18,499 bases of DNA from Octopus sinensis (GCF_006345805.1 NW_021824512.1:1-18499); one strand, 5' to 3'; counted from the first letter of the stretch, positions 1-12,721 are shown. Made by a program: numbers and translations. Notes: generated by a model not told the origin, from the sequence alone.

Positions 1-559
1 GGTTGAATATAAGCTTATATCACTCATATAGCTTATATTTACATAACAGATCACAAAATTCCTATTGTTTTTCAAGTACAAATTTGAAATATTTTCGACA
101 TTTTCTAACCTGAAAACTTTTCAGAATTAGTGATCTCTTGGATAAATATAAGATTATTATCACTCATATAGCTTATATTTACCTAACAGATCACAAAATT
201 TTTTTTGTTTTTCAAGTACACATTTGAAAACATTAATATGTTGACATTTTCTAACCTGAAAACTTTTGAGAATTAGTGATCTCTTGGATAGATTAAGCTT
301 ATCATCACTCATATAGCTTATATTTGCCTAACAGATAACAAATGTTTTTTGTTTTTCAAGTACACTTTTGAATTATTTTGACATTTTCTAACCTGAAAAC
401 TTTTGAGAATTTAGTGATCTCTTGGATAAATATAAGCTTATTATCACTCATATAGCTTATATTTACACAACAGATCACAAAATTTTTTTTTGTTTTTCAA
501 GTACACATTTGAAATATTTTGACATTTTCTAACCTGAAAACTTTTGAGAATTTAGTGAT

Positions 560-1935
560 CTCTTGGATAAATATAAGCTTATTATCACTCATATAGCTTA
601 TATTTACATAACAGATCGGAAAATTTCCTATTGTTTTTCAAGTACACATTTGAAATATTTTGACATTTTCTAACCTGAAAACTTTTCAGAATTTAGTGAT
701 CTGTTGGAGAAATATAAGCTTATTATCACTCATATAGCTTATATTTACCTAACAGTCACAAAATTTTTTTTGTTTTTCAAGTACACATTGAAATATTTTG
801 ACATTTTCTAACCTGAAAACTTTTGAAAATTAGTGATCTCTTGGATAAATATAAGCTTATTTTCACTCATATAGCTTATATATTAATAACAGATCACAAA
901 TTTTTTTTGTTTTTCAAGTACACATTTGAAATATTTTGACATTTTCTGACCTGAAAACATTGAGAATTTAGTGATCTTGGATAAATATAAGCTTATTATC
1001 ACTCATATAGCTTATATTTACCTCACAGATCAAAAATTTTTTTTGTTTTTCAAGTACACATTTGAAATGTTTCGACATTTTCTAACCTGAAAACTTTTGA
1101 GAATTTAGTGATCTCTTGGATAAATATAAGCTTATTATCACTCATATAGCTTATATTTACCTCACAGATCAGAAAATTTTTTTTTGTTTTTCAAGTACAC
1201 ATTTGAAATGTTTCGACATTTTCTAACCTGAAAACTTTTGAGAATTTAGTTATCTCTTGGATAAATATAAGCTTATTATCACTCATATAGCTTATATTCT
1301 CCTAAGAGACAACGAAATTTTTTTTGTTTTTCAAGTACACATTTGAAATATTTTGACATTTTCTAACCTGAAAACTTTTGAGAATTTAGTGATCTCTTGG
1401 ATAAATATAAGCTTATTATCACTCATATAGCTTATATTTACCTAACAGATCACAAAATTGTTTTTTGTTTTTCAAGTATACTTTTGAATTATTTTGACAT
1501 TTTCTAACCTGAAAACTTTTGAGAATTTAGTGATCTCTTGGATAAATATAAGCTTATTATCACTCATATAGCATATATTTACCTTACAGATCACTAAATT
1601 TCATTTTATTTTTCAAGTACACTTTTGAAATATTTTGACATTTCCTAACCTGAAAACTTTTGAGAATTTAGTCATCACTTTGATAAATATAAGCTTATTA
1701 TCACTCATATAGCTTATATTTTACTAAGAGACAAAGAATTTTTTTTGTTTTTCAAGTACACATTTGAAATATTTTGACATATTCTAACCTGAAAACTTTT
1801 GAATAATTTGTGATCTCTTGGATAAATATAAGCTTCTTATCACTTAACAATTCAGAAATTTTTTTTTGTTTTTCAGGTACACATTTGAAATATTTTGACA
1901 TTTTCTAACCTGAAAACTTTTGAGAATTTAGTGAT
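560..1935 (+). repeat. HOR-related block B-C-D-E-E-G2-K-L-M-N (sister haplotype 1)
   Basis: B (GATCGGAAAATTTCCTATTG) 560, C 701, D 838, E 976 and 1113, G2 (CTCCTAAGAGACAACG) 1254, K 1394, L 1535, M 1676, short N 1815. Confidence 0.85.
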
Positions 1936-2778
1936 CTCTGGGATGAATATAAGCTTATTATCACTCATATAGCTGATATTTACCTAACAGATCACAAAAT
2001 TTTTTTTGTTTTTCAAGTACACATTTGAAATATTTTGACATTTTCTAACCTGAAAACCTTTGAGAATTCAGTGATCTCTTGGATAAATATAAGCTTATTA
2101 TACACTATAGCTTATATTTACAAACAGATCTTGTTAAATTTCCTTTTGTTTTGATGAGTACACATTTGAACATATTTTGACATATTTTCTAACCTGAAAA
2201 ACTGTTTCAGAATTTAGTGATCTGCTTGGAGAATAATAAAGTACATATTACTGCACTTCTCATATAGCTTATATTTACCTAACAGATCACAAAATTTTTT
2301 TTTGTTTTCAAGTACACATTTGAAATATTTTGACATTTTCTAACCTGAACGAACAACATTGAATTAGTGACTCTTGGATGAATATAAGCTTATTATACTC
2401 ATATAGCTGATATTTACCTAACAGATCACACAATTTTTTTTGTTTTTCAAGTACACATTTGAAATATTTTGACATTTTCTAACCTGAAAACTTTGAGAAT
2501 TTAGTGATCTCTTGGATAAATATAAGCTATTATCACTCATAGCTTATATTTACATAACAGATGTAAATTTCCTATTGTTTTTCAAGTACAAATTTGAAAT
2601 ATTTTGACATTTTCTAACCTGAAAACCTTTCAGAATTTAGTGATCTCTGGAGAATATAAGCTTATATCACATATAGCTTCTATTTACTAACAGATCACAA
2701 AATTTTTTTTTGTTTTCAAGTACACATTTGAAATATTTCGACATTTTCTAACCTGAAAACTTTTGAGAATTTAGTGAT

Positions 2779-3600
2779 CTCTTGGATAAATATAAGCTTA
2801 TTATCACTCATATAGCTTATATTCTCCTAACAGAGACAACAAAATTTCTTTTTGTTTTTCAAGTACACATTTGAAATATTTTGAATTTTCTAACCTGAAT
2901 AACAGAGAACTTTGATTGGAATTTAGTGATCTCTTGGATAAATATAAGCGTATATCACTCACATAGAGCTTATATTTACCTACAGATCACAAAATTGTTT
3001 TTTGTTTTCAAGTACACTTTTGAATTATTTTGACATTTTCTAACCTGAAAACTTTTGAGAATTTAGTGAATCTCTTGGATAAATATAAGCTTATTATCAC
3101 TCATATAGCATATATTACCTTACAGATCACTAAATTTCATTTTATGTTTCAAGTACACTTTTGAAATATTTTGACATTTCCTAACCTGAAAACGTTTGAG
3201 AATTTAGTCATCTCTTGATAATATAAGCTTATAATCACTCATATAGCTTATATTTTACTACAGAGAGAAAGAATTTTTTTTGTTTTCAAGTACACATTTG
3301 AAATATTTTGACATATTCTAACCTGAAAACTTTTGAATAATTTGTGATCTCTTGGATAAATATAAGCTTCTATCACTTAACACATTAAAATTTTTTTTTG
3401 TTTTTCAGGTACACATTTGAAATATTTTACATTTTCTAACCTGAAACTTTTGAGAATTAGTGATCTCTGGTTAAATATAAGCTTATTATCACTCATATAG
3501 CTTATATTACATAACAGATCACAAAATTTTTTATGTTTTTCAAGTACAAATTTGAAATATTTTCACATTTCTAACCTGAAAACTTTGAGAATTTAGTGAT
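2779..3600 (+). repeat. G2-K-L-M-N-A block (sister haplotype 2, noisy)
   Basis: G2 2779, K (AGAGCTT) 2931, L (AACGTTTGAG) 3072, M (GAGAGAAAGAA) 3212, short N 3349, A-like (TACAAATTT, TTTCAC) 3465. Confidence 0.75.
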
Positions 3601-4729
3601 CTCTTGGATAAATATAAGCTTATTATCACTCATATAGCTTATATTTACCTAACAGATCACAAAATTTTTTTTTGTTTTCAAGTACACATTTGAAATATTT
3701 TGACATTTTCTAACCTGAAAACTTTTGAGAATTTAGTGATCTCTTGGATAAATATAAGATTATTATCACTCATATAGCTTATATTTACCTAACAGATCAC
3801 AAAATTTTTTTTGTTTTTCAAGTACACATTTGAAATATTTTGACATTTTCTAACCTGAAAACTTTTGAGAATTTAGTGATCTCTTGGATAAATATAAGCT
3901 TATTATCACTCATATAGCTTATTCTTAACTAACAGATCACAAAATTGTTTTTTGTTTTTCAAGTACACATTTGAAATATTTTGACATTTTCTAACCTGAA
4001 AACTTTTGAGAATTTAGTGATCTCTTGGATAAATATAAGCTTATTATCACTCATATAGCTTATATTTATCTAACAGATCACAAAATTTTTTTTTGTTTTT
4101 CAGTACACATTTGAAATATTTTGACATTTTCAACTGAAAACTTTTTAGAATTTAGTGATCTTGGATAAATATAAGAAGTACTTACTATATCATATCACAT
4201 ATAGCTTATATTTACCTAACGATCACAAAATTTTTTTTGTTTTTCAAGTACACATTTGAACTATTTTGACTTTTCTAACCTGAAAACTTTTGAGAATTTG
4301 TGATCTCTGGATAAATATAAGCTTATTATCACTCATATAGCTTATATTTACATAACAGATCGGAAAATTTTTTTTGTTTTTCAAGTACACATTTGAATAT
4401 TTTGACATTTCTAACCTGAAAACTTTTGAATTTAGTGATCTCTTGGATACAATATGAAGCTATATTTATCACTCAGTATAGACTTATATTACATAACAGT
4501 CACAAAATTTTTTTTTGTTTGTCAAAAGTAACTTTGAAATATTTTGAGATTTTCTAACTGAAACACATTTGTATTTTTTGAATTTGAGTGATCTCTTGGA
4601 TAAATATAAGCTTATATATCACTCTATAGCTTATATTTACCTACAGATCAAAAATTTTTTTTTTTTTTTCAATACACATTTGAAATATTTCGACATTTTC
4701 TAACCTGAAAACTTTTGAGAATTAGTGAT

Positions 4730-5406
4730 CTCTTGGATAAATATAAGCTTATTATCACTCATATAGCTTATATTTCCTAAGAGACACGAAATTTTTTTTG
4801 TTTTTTCAAGTACACATTTGAAATATTTTGACATTTTCTAACCTGAAAACTTTTGAGAATTTAGTGATCTCTTGGATAAATATAAGCTTATTATCACTCA
4901 TATAGCTTATATTTACCTAATAGATCACAAAATTTTTTTTTGTTTTCAAGTACACTTTTGAAATATTTTGACATTTTCTAACCTGAAAACTTTTGAGAAT
5001 TTAGTGATCTCTTGGATAAATATAAGCTTATTATCACTCATATAGCTTATATTTACCTAACAGATCACAAAATTTTTTTTGTTTTTCAAGTACACATTTG
5101 AAATATTTTGACATTCCTAACCTGAAAACTTTTGAGAATTTAGTGACACTTTGGATAAATATAAGCTTATATCACTCATATAGCTTATATTTTACTAAAG
5201 ACAAAAATTTTTTTTGTTTTTCAAGTACACATTTGAATATTTTGACCTATTTCTAACCTGAAAACTTTTCAATAATTAGTGATCTCTTGGATAAATATAA
5301 GCTTTTATCACTTAACCAAATCAGAAATTTTTTTTTGTTTTTCAGGTACACATTTGAAATATTTTGAACATTTTCTAACCTGAAAACTATTTGAGAATTT
5401 AGTGAT
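4730..5406 (+). repeat. G2-K-L-M-N block with partly eroded markers (haplotype 1-like)
   Basis: CCTAAGAGACACGAA in the 4730 monomer, CACTTTTG in 4869, TTCCTAA in 5009, CACTTTGGAT and ACTAAAGAC in 5147, short N with TCAGAAATT and CAGGTAC at 5284. Confidence 0.7.
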
Positions 5407-7240
5407 CTTGGATAAATATAAGCTTATTATCACTCATATAGCTTATATTTACCTAACAGATCACAAAATTTTTTTTGTTTTTCAAGTACACATTTGAAAT
5501 ATTTTGACATTTTCTAACCTGAAAATTTTGAGAATTTAGTGATCTCTTGGATAAATATAAGCTTATATCACTCATATAGCTTATATTTACCAACAGATCA
5601 CAAAATTTTTTTTTGTTTTTCAAGTACACATTTAAATATATTTGACATTTTCTAACCTGAAAACTTTTGAGAATTTAGTGATCTCTTGGATAAATATAAG
5701 CTTATATCACTCATATAGCTTATATTTACCTAACAGATCACAAAATTTTTTTTTGTTTTCAAGTACACATTTGAAATATTTTGACATTCTAACCTGAAAA
5801 CTTTTGAGAATTTAGTGATCTCTGGATAAATATAAGCTTATTATCACTCATATAGCTTATATTACCTAACAGATCAAAATTTTTTTTGTTTTTCAAGTAC
5901 ACATTTGAAATATTTTGTCATTTTCTACCTGAAAACTTTTGAGAATTTAGTGATCTCTTGGATAAATATAAGCTTTATCACTCATATAGCTTATATTTAC
6001 CTAACAGATCACAAATTTTTTTTGTTTTTCAAGTACACATTTGAAATATTTTGACATTTTCTAACCTGAAAACTTTGAGAATTTAGTGATCTCTTGGATA
6101 AATATAAGCTTTATCACTCATATAGCTTATATTTACCTAACAGATCACAAAATTTTTTTGTTTTCAAGTACACATTTGAAATATTTTGACATTTTCTAAC
6201 CTGAAAACTTTGAGAATTTAGTGATCTCTTGGATAAATATAAGCTTATTATCACTCATATAGCTTTATTTACCTAACAGATCACAAAATTTTTTTTGTTT
6301 TTCAAGTACACATTTGAAATATTTTGACATTTTCTAACCTGAAAACTTTTGAGAATTTAGTGATCTCTTGGATAAATATAGCTTATTATCACTCATATAG
6401 CTTATATTTACCTAACAGATCACAAAATTTTTTTTGTTTTTCAAGTACACATTTGAAATATTTTGACATTTTCTAACCTGAAAACTTTTGAGAATTTAGT
6501 GATCTCTTGGATAAATATAAGCTTATTATCACTCATATAGCTTATATTTACCTAACAGATGACAAAATTTTTTTTTTTTTCAAGTACACATTTGAAATAT
6601 TTTGACATTTTCTAACCTGAAAACTTTTGAGAATTTAGTGATCTCTTGGATAAATATAAGCTTATTATCACTCATATAGCTTATATTTACATAACAGATC
6701 ACAAATTTTTTTTTGTTTTTCAAGTACACATTTGAAATATTTTGACATTTTCTAACCTGAAAACTTTTGAGAATTTAGTGATCTCTTGGATAAATATAAG
6801 CTTATTATCTCTCATATAGCTTATATTTTCCTAACAGACAACGAAATTTCTTTTTGATTTTCAAGTACACATTTGAAATATTTTGACATTTTCTAACCTG
6901 AAAACTTTTGAGAATTTAGTGATCTCTTGGATAAATATAAGCTTATTATCACTCATATAGCTTATATTTACATAACAGATCACAAAAATTTTTTTGTTTT
7001 TCAAGTACACATTTGAAATATTTTGACATTTTCTAACCTGAAAACTTTTGAGAATTTAGTGATCTCTTGGATAAATATAAGCTTATTATCACTCATATAG
7101 CTTATATTTTACTAAAGATCACAAAATTTTTTTGTTTTCAAGTACACATTTGAAATATTTTGACATTTTCTAACCTGAAAACTTTGAGAATTAGTGATCT
7201 TGGATAAATATAAGCTTATTATCACTCATATAGTTATATT

Positions 7241-7395
7241 TCACATTCATATTGTAATTTTTTTCTTTTCAGACTTCTTTGAAATTTTTTTCCCACTAAC
7301 CTTTAAATTTCTTCTTTTCACTCTGGTCTCATATACCTGACAATTTTTCCGATGGTGACATTTTTTTTTTTTGAGAATTTTTGCTAATTTGGAAC
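7241..7395. other. Degraded or garbled satellite segment interrupting the array
   Basis: The unit 7199-7423 is 225 bp instead of 141. The segment holds broken satellite fragments (AATTTTTTTCTTTTCAG, TTTGAAATTTTT, CTAACCT, TTGAGAATTT) but no intact monomer and no foreign sequence I can recognise. Confidence 0.7.
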
Positions 7396-9991
7396 TAACC
7401 TGAAAACTTTGAGAATTAGTGATCTCTTGGATAAATATAAGCTATTATCACTCATATAGCTTATATTTACCTAACAGATCACAAAATTTTTTTTTGTTTT
7501 CAAGTACACATTTGAAATATTTTGACATTTTCTAACCTGAAAACTTTTGAGAATTAGTGATCTCTTGGATAAATATAAGCTTATTATCACTCATATAGCT
7601 TATATTACCTAACAGATCACAAATTTTTTTTTGTTTTTCAAGTACACATTTGAAATATTTTGACATTTTCTAACCTGAAAACTTTTGAGAATTTAGTGAT
7701 CTCTTGGATAAATATAAGCTTATTATCACTCATATAGCTTATATTACCAAGATTCAAAAATTTTTTTTTTCAAGTACACATTTGAAATATTTTGACATTT
7801 TCTAACCTGAAAACTTTTGAGAATTTAGTGATCTCTTGGATAAATATAAGCTTATTATCACTCATATAGCTTATATTTACCTACAGATCACAAATTTTTT
7901 TTTGTTTTCAAGTACACATTTGAAATATTTTGACATTTTCTAACCTGAAAACTTTTGAGAATTTAGTGATCTCTTGGATAAATAAGCTTATTATCACTCA
8001 TATAGCTTATATTTACCTAACAGATCACAAAATTTTTTTGTTTTTTCAAGTACACATTTGAAATATTTTGACATTTTCTAACCTGAAAACTTTTGAGAAT
8101 TAGTGATCTCTGGATAAATATAAGCTTATTATCACTCATATAGCTTATATTTACTAACAGATCACAAAATTGTTTTTTGTTTTTCAAGTACACATTTGAA
8201 ATATTTGACATTTTTAACCTGAAAACTTTTGAGAATTTAGTGATCTCTTGGATAAATAAGCTTATTATCACTCATATGCTTATATTTACCAACAGATCAC
8301 CAAATTTTTTTTGTTTTTCAAGTACACATTTGAAATATTTTGACATTTCTAACCTGAAAACTTTTGAGAATTTAGTGATCTCTTGGATAAATATAAGCTT
8401 ATTATCTCTATAGCTTATATTTACATAACAGATCACAAAATTTTTTTTTGTTTTCAAGTACACATTTGAAATATTTTGACATTTCTAACCTGAAAACTTT
8501 TGAGAATTTAGTGATCTCTTGGATAAATATAGCTTATTATCACTCATATAGCTTATATTAACTAACAGATCACAAAATTTTTTTTTGTTTTCAAGTACAC
8601 ATTTGAAATATTTTGACATTTTCTAACCTGAAAACTTTTGAGAATTTAGTGATCTCTTGGATAATATAAGCTTATTATCACTCATATAGCTTATATTTCC
8701 AAGAGACAACAAATTTTTTTTGTTTTCAAGTACACATTTGAAATATTTTGACATTTTCTAACCTGAAAACTTTTGAGAATTTAGTGATCTTGGATAAATA
8801 TAAGCTTATTACTCATATAGCTTATTTTACCTAACAGATCACAAATTTTTTTTGTTTTTCAAGTACACATTTGAAATATTTTGAATTTTCTAACCTGAAA
8901 ACTTTAGAGAATTTAGTGATCTCTAGGATAAATATAAGCTTATTATCTCTCATATAGCTTATATTTACCTAACAGATCACAAAATATTTGAAATATTTTG
9001 ACATTTTCTAACCTGAAAACTTTTGAGAATTTAGTGATCTCTTGGATAAATATAAGCTTATTATCACTCATATAGCTTATATTTACCTAACAGATCACAA
9101 ATTTTTTTTGTTTTTCAAGTACACATTTGAAATATTTTGACATTTTCTAACCTGAAAACTTTTGAGAATTTAGTGATCTCTTGGATAAATATAAGCTTAT
9201 TATCACTCATATAGCTTATTCTTACCTAACAGATCACAAAATTTTTTTTTGTTTTTCAAGTACACATTTGAAATATTTTGACATTTTCTAACCTGAAAAC
9301 TTTTGAGAATTTAGTGATCTCTTGGATAAATATAAGCTTATTATCACTCATATAGCTTATATTACCTAACAGATCACAAATTTTTTTTGTTTTCAAGTAC
9401 ACATTTGAAATATTTTGACATTTTCTAACCTGAAAACTTTTGAGAATTTAGTGATCTCTTGGATAAATATAAGCTTATTATCACTCATATAGCTTATATT
9501 TACCTAACAGATCACAAATTTTTTTTGTTTTTCAAGTACACATTTGAAAATTTTGACATTTTCTAACCTGAAAACTTTGAGAATTTAGTGATTCTTGGAT
9601 AAAATAAGCTTATTATCACTCATATAGCTTATATTTACTAACAGATCACAAAATTTTTTTTGTTTTCAAGTACACATTTGAAATATTTTGACATTTTCTA
9701 ACCTGAAAACTTTTGAGAATTTAGTGATCTATTGGATAAATATAAGCTTATTATCACTCATATAGCTTATATTTACCTAACAGATCACAAAATTTTTTTG
9801 TTTTTCAAGTACACATTTGAAATATTTTGACATTTCTAACCTGAAAACTTTTGAGAATTTAGTGATCTCTTGGATAAATATAAGCTTATTATCACTCATA
9901 TAGCTTATATTTACCTAACAGATCAAAAATTTTTTTTTGTTTTTCAAGTACATTTGAAATATTTGACTTTTCTAACCTGAAAACTTTTGAG

Positions 9992-10068
9992 AATTTAGTG
10001 ATCTCTTGGATAAATATAAGCTTATTATCACTCATATAGCTTATATTTACCTAACAGATCACAAAATT
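9992..10068. other. 77-bp imperfect inverted repeat present in nearly every monomer (example copy)
   Basis: AATTTAGTGATCT-CTTGGA-TAAATATAAGCT-[TATTATCACTCATAT]-AGCTTATATTTA-CCTAAC-AGATCACAAAATT. Outer arms pair 12/13, middle 3/6 plus one G.T, inner arms 12/12, with symmetric spacing around a 15-nt loop. Confidence 0.95.
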
Positions 10069-10141
10069 TTTTTTGTTTTTCAAGTACACATTTGAAATAT
10101 TTTGACATTTTCTAACCTGAAACTTTTGAGAATTTAGTGAT

Positions 10142-10282
10142 CTCTTGGATAAATATAAGCTTATTATCACTCATATAGCTTATATTTACCTAACAGATCA
10201 CAAAATTTTTTTTTGTTTTTCAAGTACACATTTGAAATATTTTGACATTTTCTAACCTGAAAACTTTTGAGAATTTAGTGAT
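10142..10282 (+). repeat. Reference copy of the 141-bp consensus monomer
   Basis: Reads CTCTTGGATAAATATAAGC...AAAA-T9-GTTTTTCAAG...GAATTTAGTGAT with none of the diagnostic variants; the next monomer starts at 10283. Confidence 0.95.
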
Positions 10283-10562
10283 CTCTTGGATAAATATAAG
10301 CTTATTATCACTCATATAGCTTATATACCTAACAGATCACAAAATTTTTTTTTGTTTTTCAAGTACACATTTGAAATATTTTGACATTTTCTAACCTGAA
10401 AACTTTTGAGAATTTAGTGATCTCTTGGATAAATATAAGCTTATTATCACTCATATAGCTTATATTTACATAACAGATCACAAAATTTTTTTTTGTTTTT
10501 CAAGTACACATTTGAAATATTTTGACATTTTCTAACCTGAAAACTTTTGAGAATTTAGTGAT

Positions 10563-12721
10563 CTCTTGGATAAATATAAGCTTATTATCACTCATATAGC
10601 TTATATTTTCCTAAGAGACCACGAAATTTCTTTTTGTTTTTCAAGTACACATTTGAAAATTTTGACATTTTCTAACCTGAAAACCTTTGAGAATTTAGTG
10701 ACTCTCTTGATAGAAAATATAAGCATCTTATCACTCATACTTAGCATTTATATTTACCTAACAGATCACAAAATTGTTTTTTGTTTTTCAAGTACACTTT
10801 TGAAATATTTTGACATTTCTAACCTGAAAACTGTTTGAGAATTAGTGATCTCTTGGATAAATATAAGCTTATTATCACTCATATAGCTTATATTTACCTT
10901 ACAGATCATAAATTTTTTTTGTTTTCAAGTACACATTTGAAATATTTTGACATTTCCTAACCTGAAAACTTTGAGAATTAGTCATTCTCTTTGATAAATA
11001 TAAGCTTATTATCACTCATATAGCTTATATTTACTAAGAGACAAAGAATTTTTTTTGTTTTTCAAGTACACATTTGAAATATTTTGACATATTCTAACTG
11101 AAAACTTTTGAATTTAGTGATCTCTTGGATAAATATAAGCTTCTTATCACTTAACAATTCAGAAATTTTTTTTGTTTTTCAGGTACACATTTGAAATATT
11201 TGACATTTTCTAACCTGAAAACTTTGAGAATTTAGTGATCTCTTGGATAAAATAAGCTTATTATCACTCATATAGCTTATTTTACTAACAGATCAACAAA
11301 TTTTTTTTTTTTCAAGTACACATTTGAAATATTTTGACATTTTCTAACCTGAAAACTTTGAGAATTTAGTGATCTCTTGGATAAATATAAGCTTATTATC
11401 ACTCATATAGCTATATTTACCTAACAGATCACAAATTTTTTTTGTTTTTCAAGTACACATTTGAATATTTTGACATTTTCTAACCTGAAACTTTTGAGAA
11501 TTTAGTGATCTCTTGGATAAATATAAGCTTATTATCACTCATATAGCTTATATTTACCTAACAGATCACAAAATTGTTTTTTGTTTTTCAAGTACACATT
11601 TGAAATATTTGACATTTCTAACCTGAAAACTTTGAGAATTTAGTGATCTCTTGGATAAATATAAGCTTATTATCACTCATATAGCTTATTTTACTAACAG
11701 ATCACAAAATTTTTTTGTTTTTTAAAGTACACATTTGAAATATTTTGACATTTCTAACCTGAAAACTTTGAGAATTAGTGATCTCTTGGATAAATATAGC
11801 TTATTATCACTCATATAGCTTATATTTACATAACAGATCGTAAATTTTTTTTGTTTTTCAAGTACACATTTGAAATATTTGACATTTTCTAACCTGAAAA
11901 CTTTGAGAATTTAGTGATCTCTTGGATAAATATAAGCTTATTATCACTCATATAGCTTATATTACCTAAGAGACAACAAATTCTTTTTGTTTTTCAAGTA
12001 CACATTTGAAATATTTGACATTTTCTAACCTGAAAACTTTGAGAATTTAGTGATCTCTGGATAAATATAAGCTTATTATCACTCATAGAGCTTATATTTA
12101 CCTAACAGATCACAAATGTTTTTTGTTTTCAAGTACACTTTTGAAATATTTTGACATTTTCTAACCTGAAAACTTTTGAGAATTTAGTGATCTCTTGGAT
12201 AAATATAAGCTTATTATCACTCATATACTTATATTTACCTTACAGATCATAAATTTCATTTTTTTTCAAGTACACATTTGAAATATTTTGACATTTCCTA
12301 ACCTGAAAACTTTTGAGAATTTAGTCATCACTTGAATAAATATAAGCTTATTATCACTCATATAGCTTATATTTACTAAGAGAGAAAGAATTTTTTTGTT
12401 TTTCAAGTACACATTTGAAATATTTTGACATATTCTAACCTGAAAACTTTTGAATAATTTGTGATCTCTTCGATAAATATAAGCTTCTTATCACTTAACA
12501 CATTACATTTTTTTTTGTTTTTCAAGTACACATTTGAAATATTTTGATATTTCTAACCTGAAAACATTTGAGAATTTAGTGATCTCTGGGATTGAATATA
12601 AGCTTATTATCACTCATATAGCTTATATTACATAAGTTCACAAAATTTCCTATTGGTTTTCAAGTACAATTTGAAATATTTTCACATTTTCTAACCTGAA
12701 AACTTTTGAGAATTTAGTGAT
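10563..12721 (+). repeat. Two successive G2-K-L-M-N cassettes (haplotype 1 then haplotype 2) ten monomers apart, followed by A
   Basis: G2 10563, K 10702, L 10850, M ~10986, N 11122; then G2 11919, K 12055, L 12192, M 12329, N 12466, A 12584. Confidence 0.8.

Larger units (their letters stand above)
5407..10562 (+). repeat. Homogeneous near-consensus monomer domain
   Basis: About 37 monomers differ from consensus mostly by 1-bp homopolymer indels. Only scattered diagnostic variants remain (G2-like at 6783 and 8654, TATCTCTC at 6783 and 8921). Confidence 0.85.

Noticed and set aside
8017-8271. 84-aa minus-strand ORF
   Set aside because: Lies wholly in satellite monomers. The peptide repeats with the monomer (NISNVYLKNKKQFCD / NISNVYLKKQKNFVIC) and stays open only through local 1-bp indels. 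No RBS, domain or codon signal.
8177-8413. 78-aa plus-strand ORF
   Set aside because: Translation of the repeat (NLKTFENLVISWIN twice). It overlaps opposite-strand ORFs and is a chance open frame.
8272-8463. 63-aa minus-strand ORF
   Set aside because: Same repeat-derived peptide as the neighbouring ORF in a shifted frame.
9992-10080. Rho-independent terminator
   Set aside because: The stem is long and very AT-rich rather than a short GC-rich stem, there is no upstream gene, and nothing indicates a prokaryotic source.
10150-10165. TATA-box or promoter calls at TAAATATAAG
   Set aside because: Expected by chance at 76% AT, with no downstream transcription unit.
10566-10838. 90-aa plus-strand ORF with TTG start
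   Set aside because: Spans the noisy 10700-10760 patch, where probable sequencing indels remove stops. Low-complexity, repeat-derived sequence.
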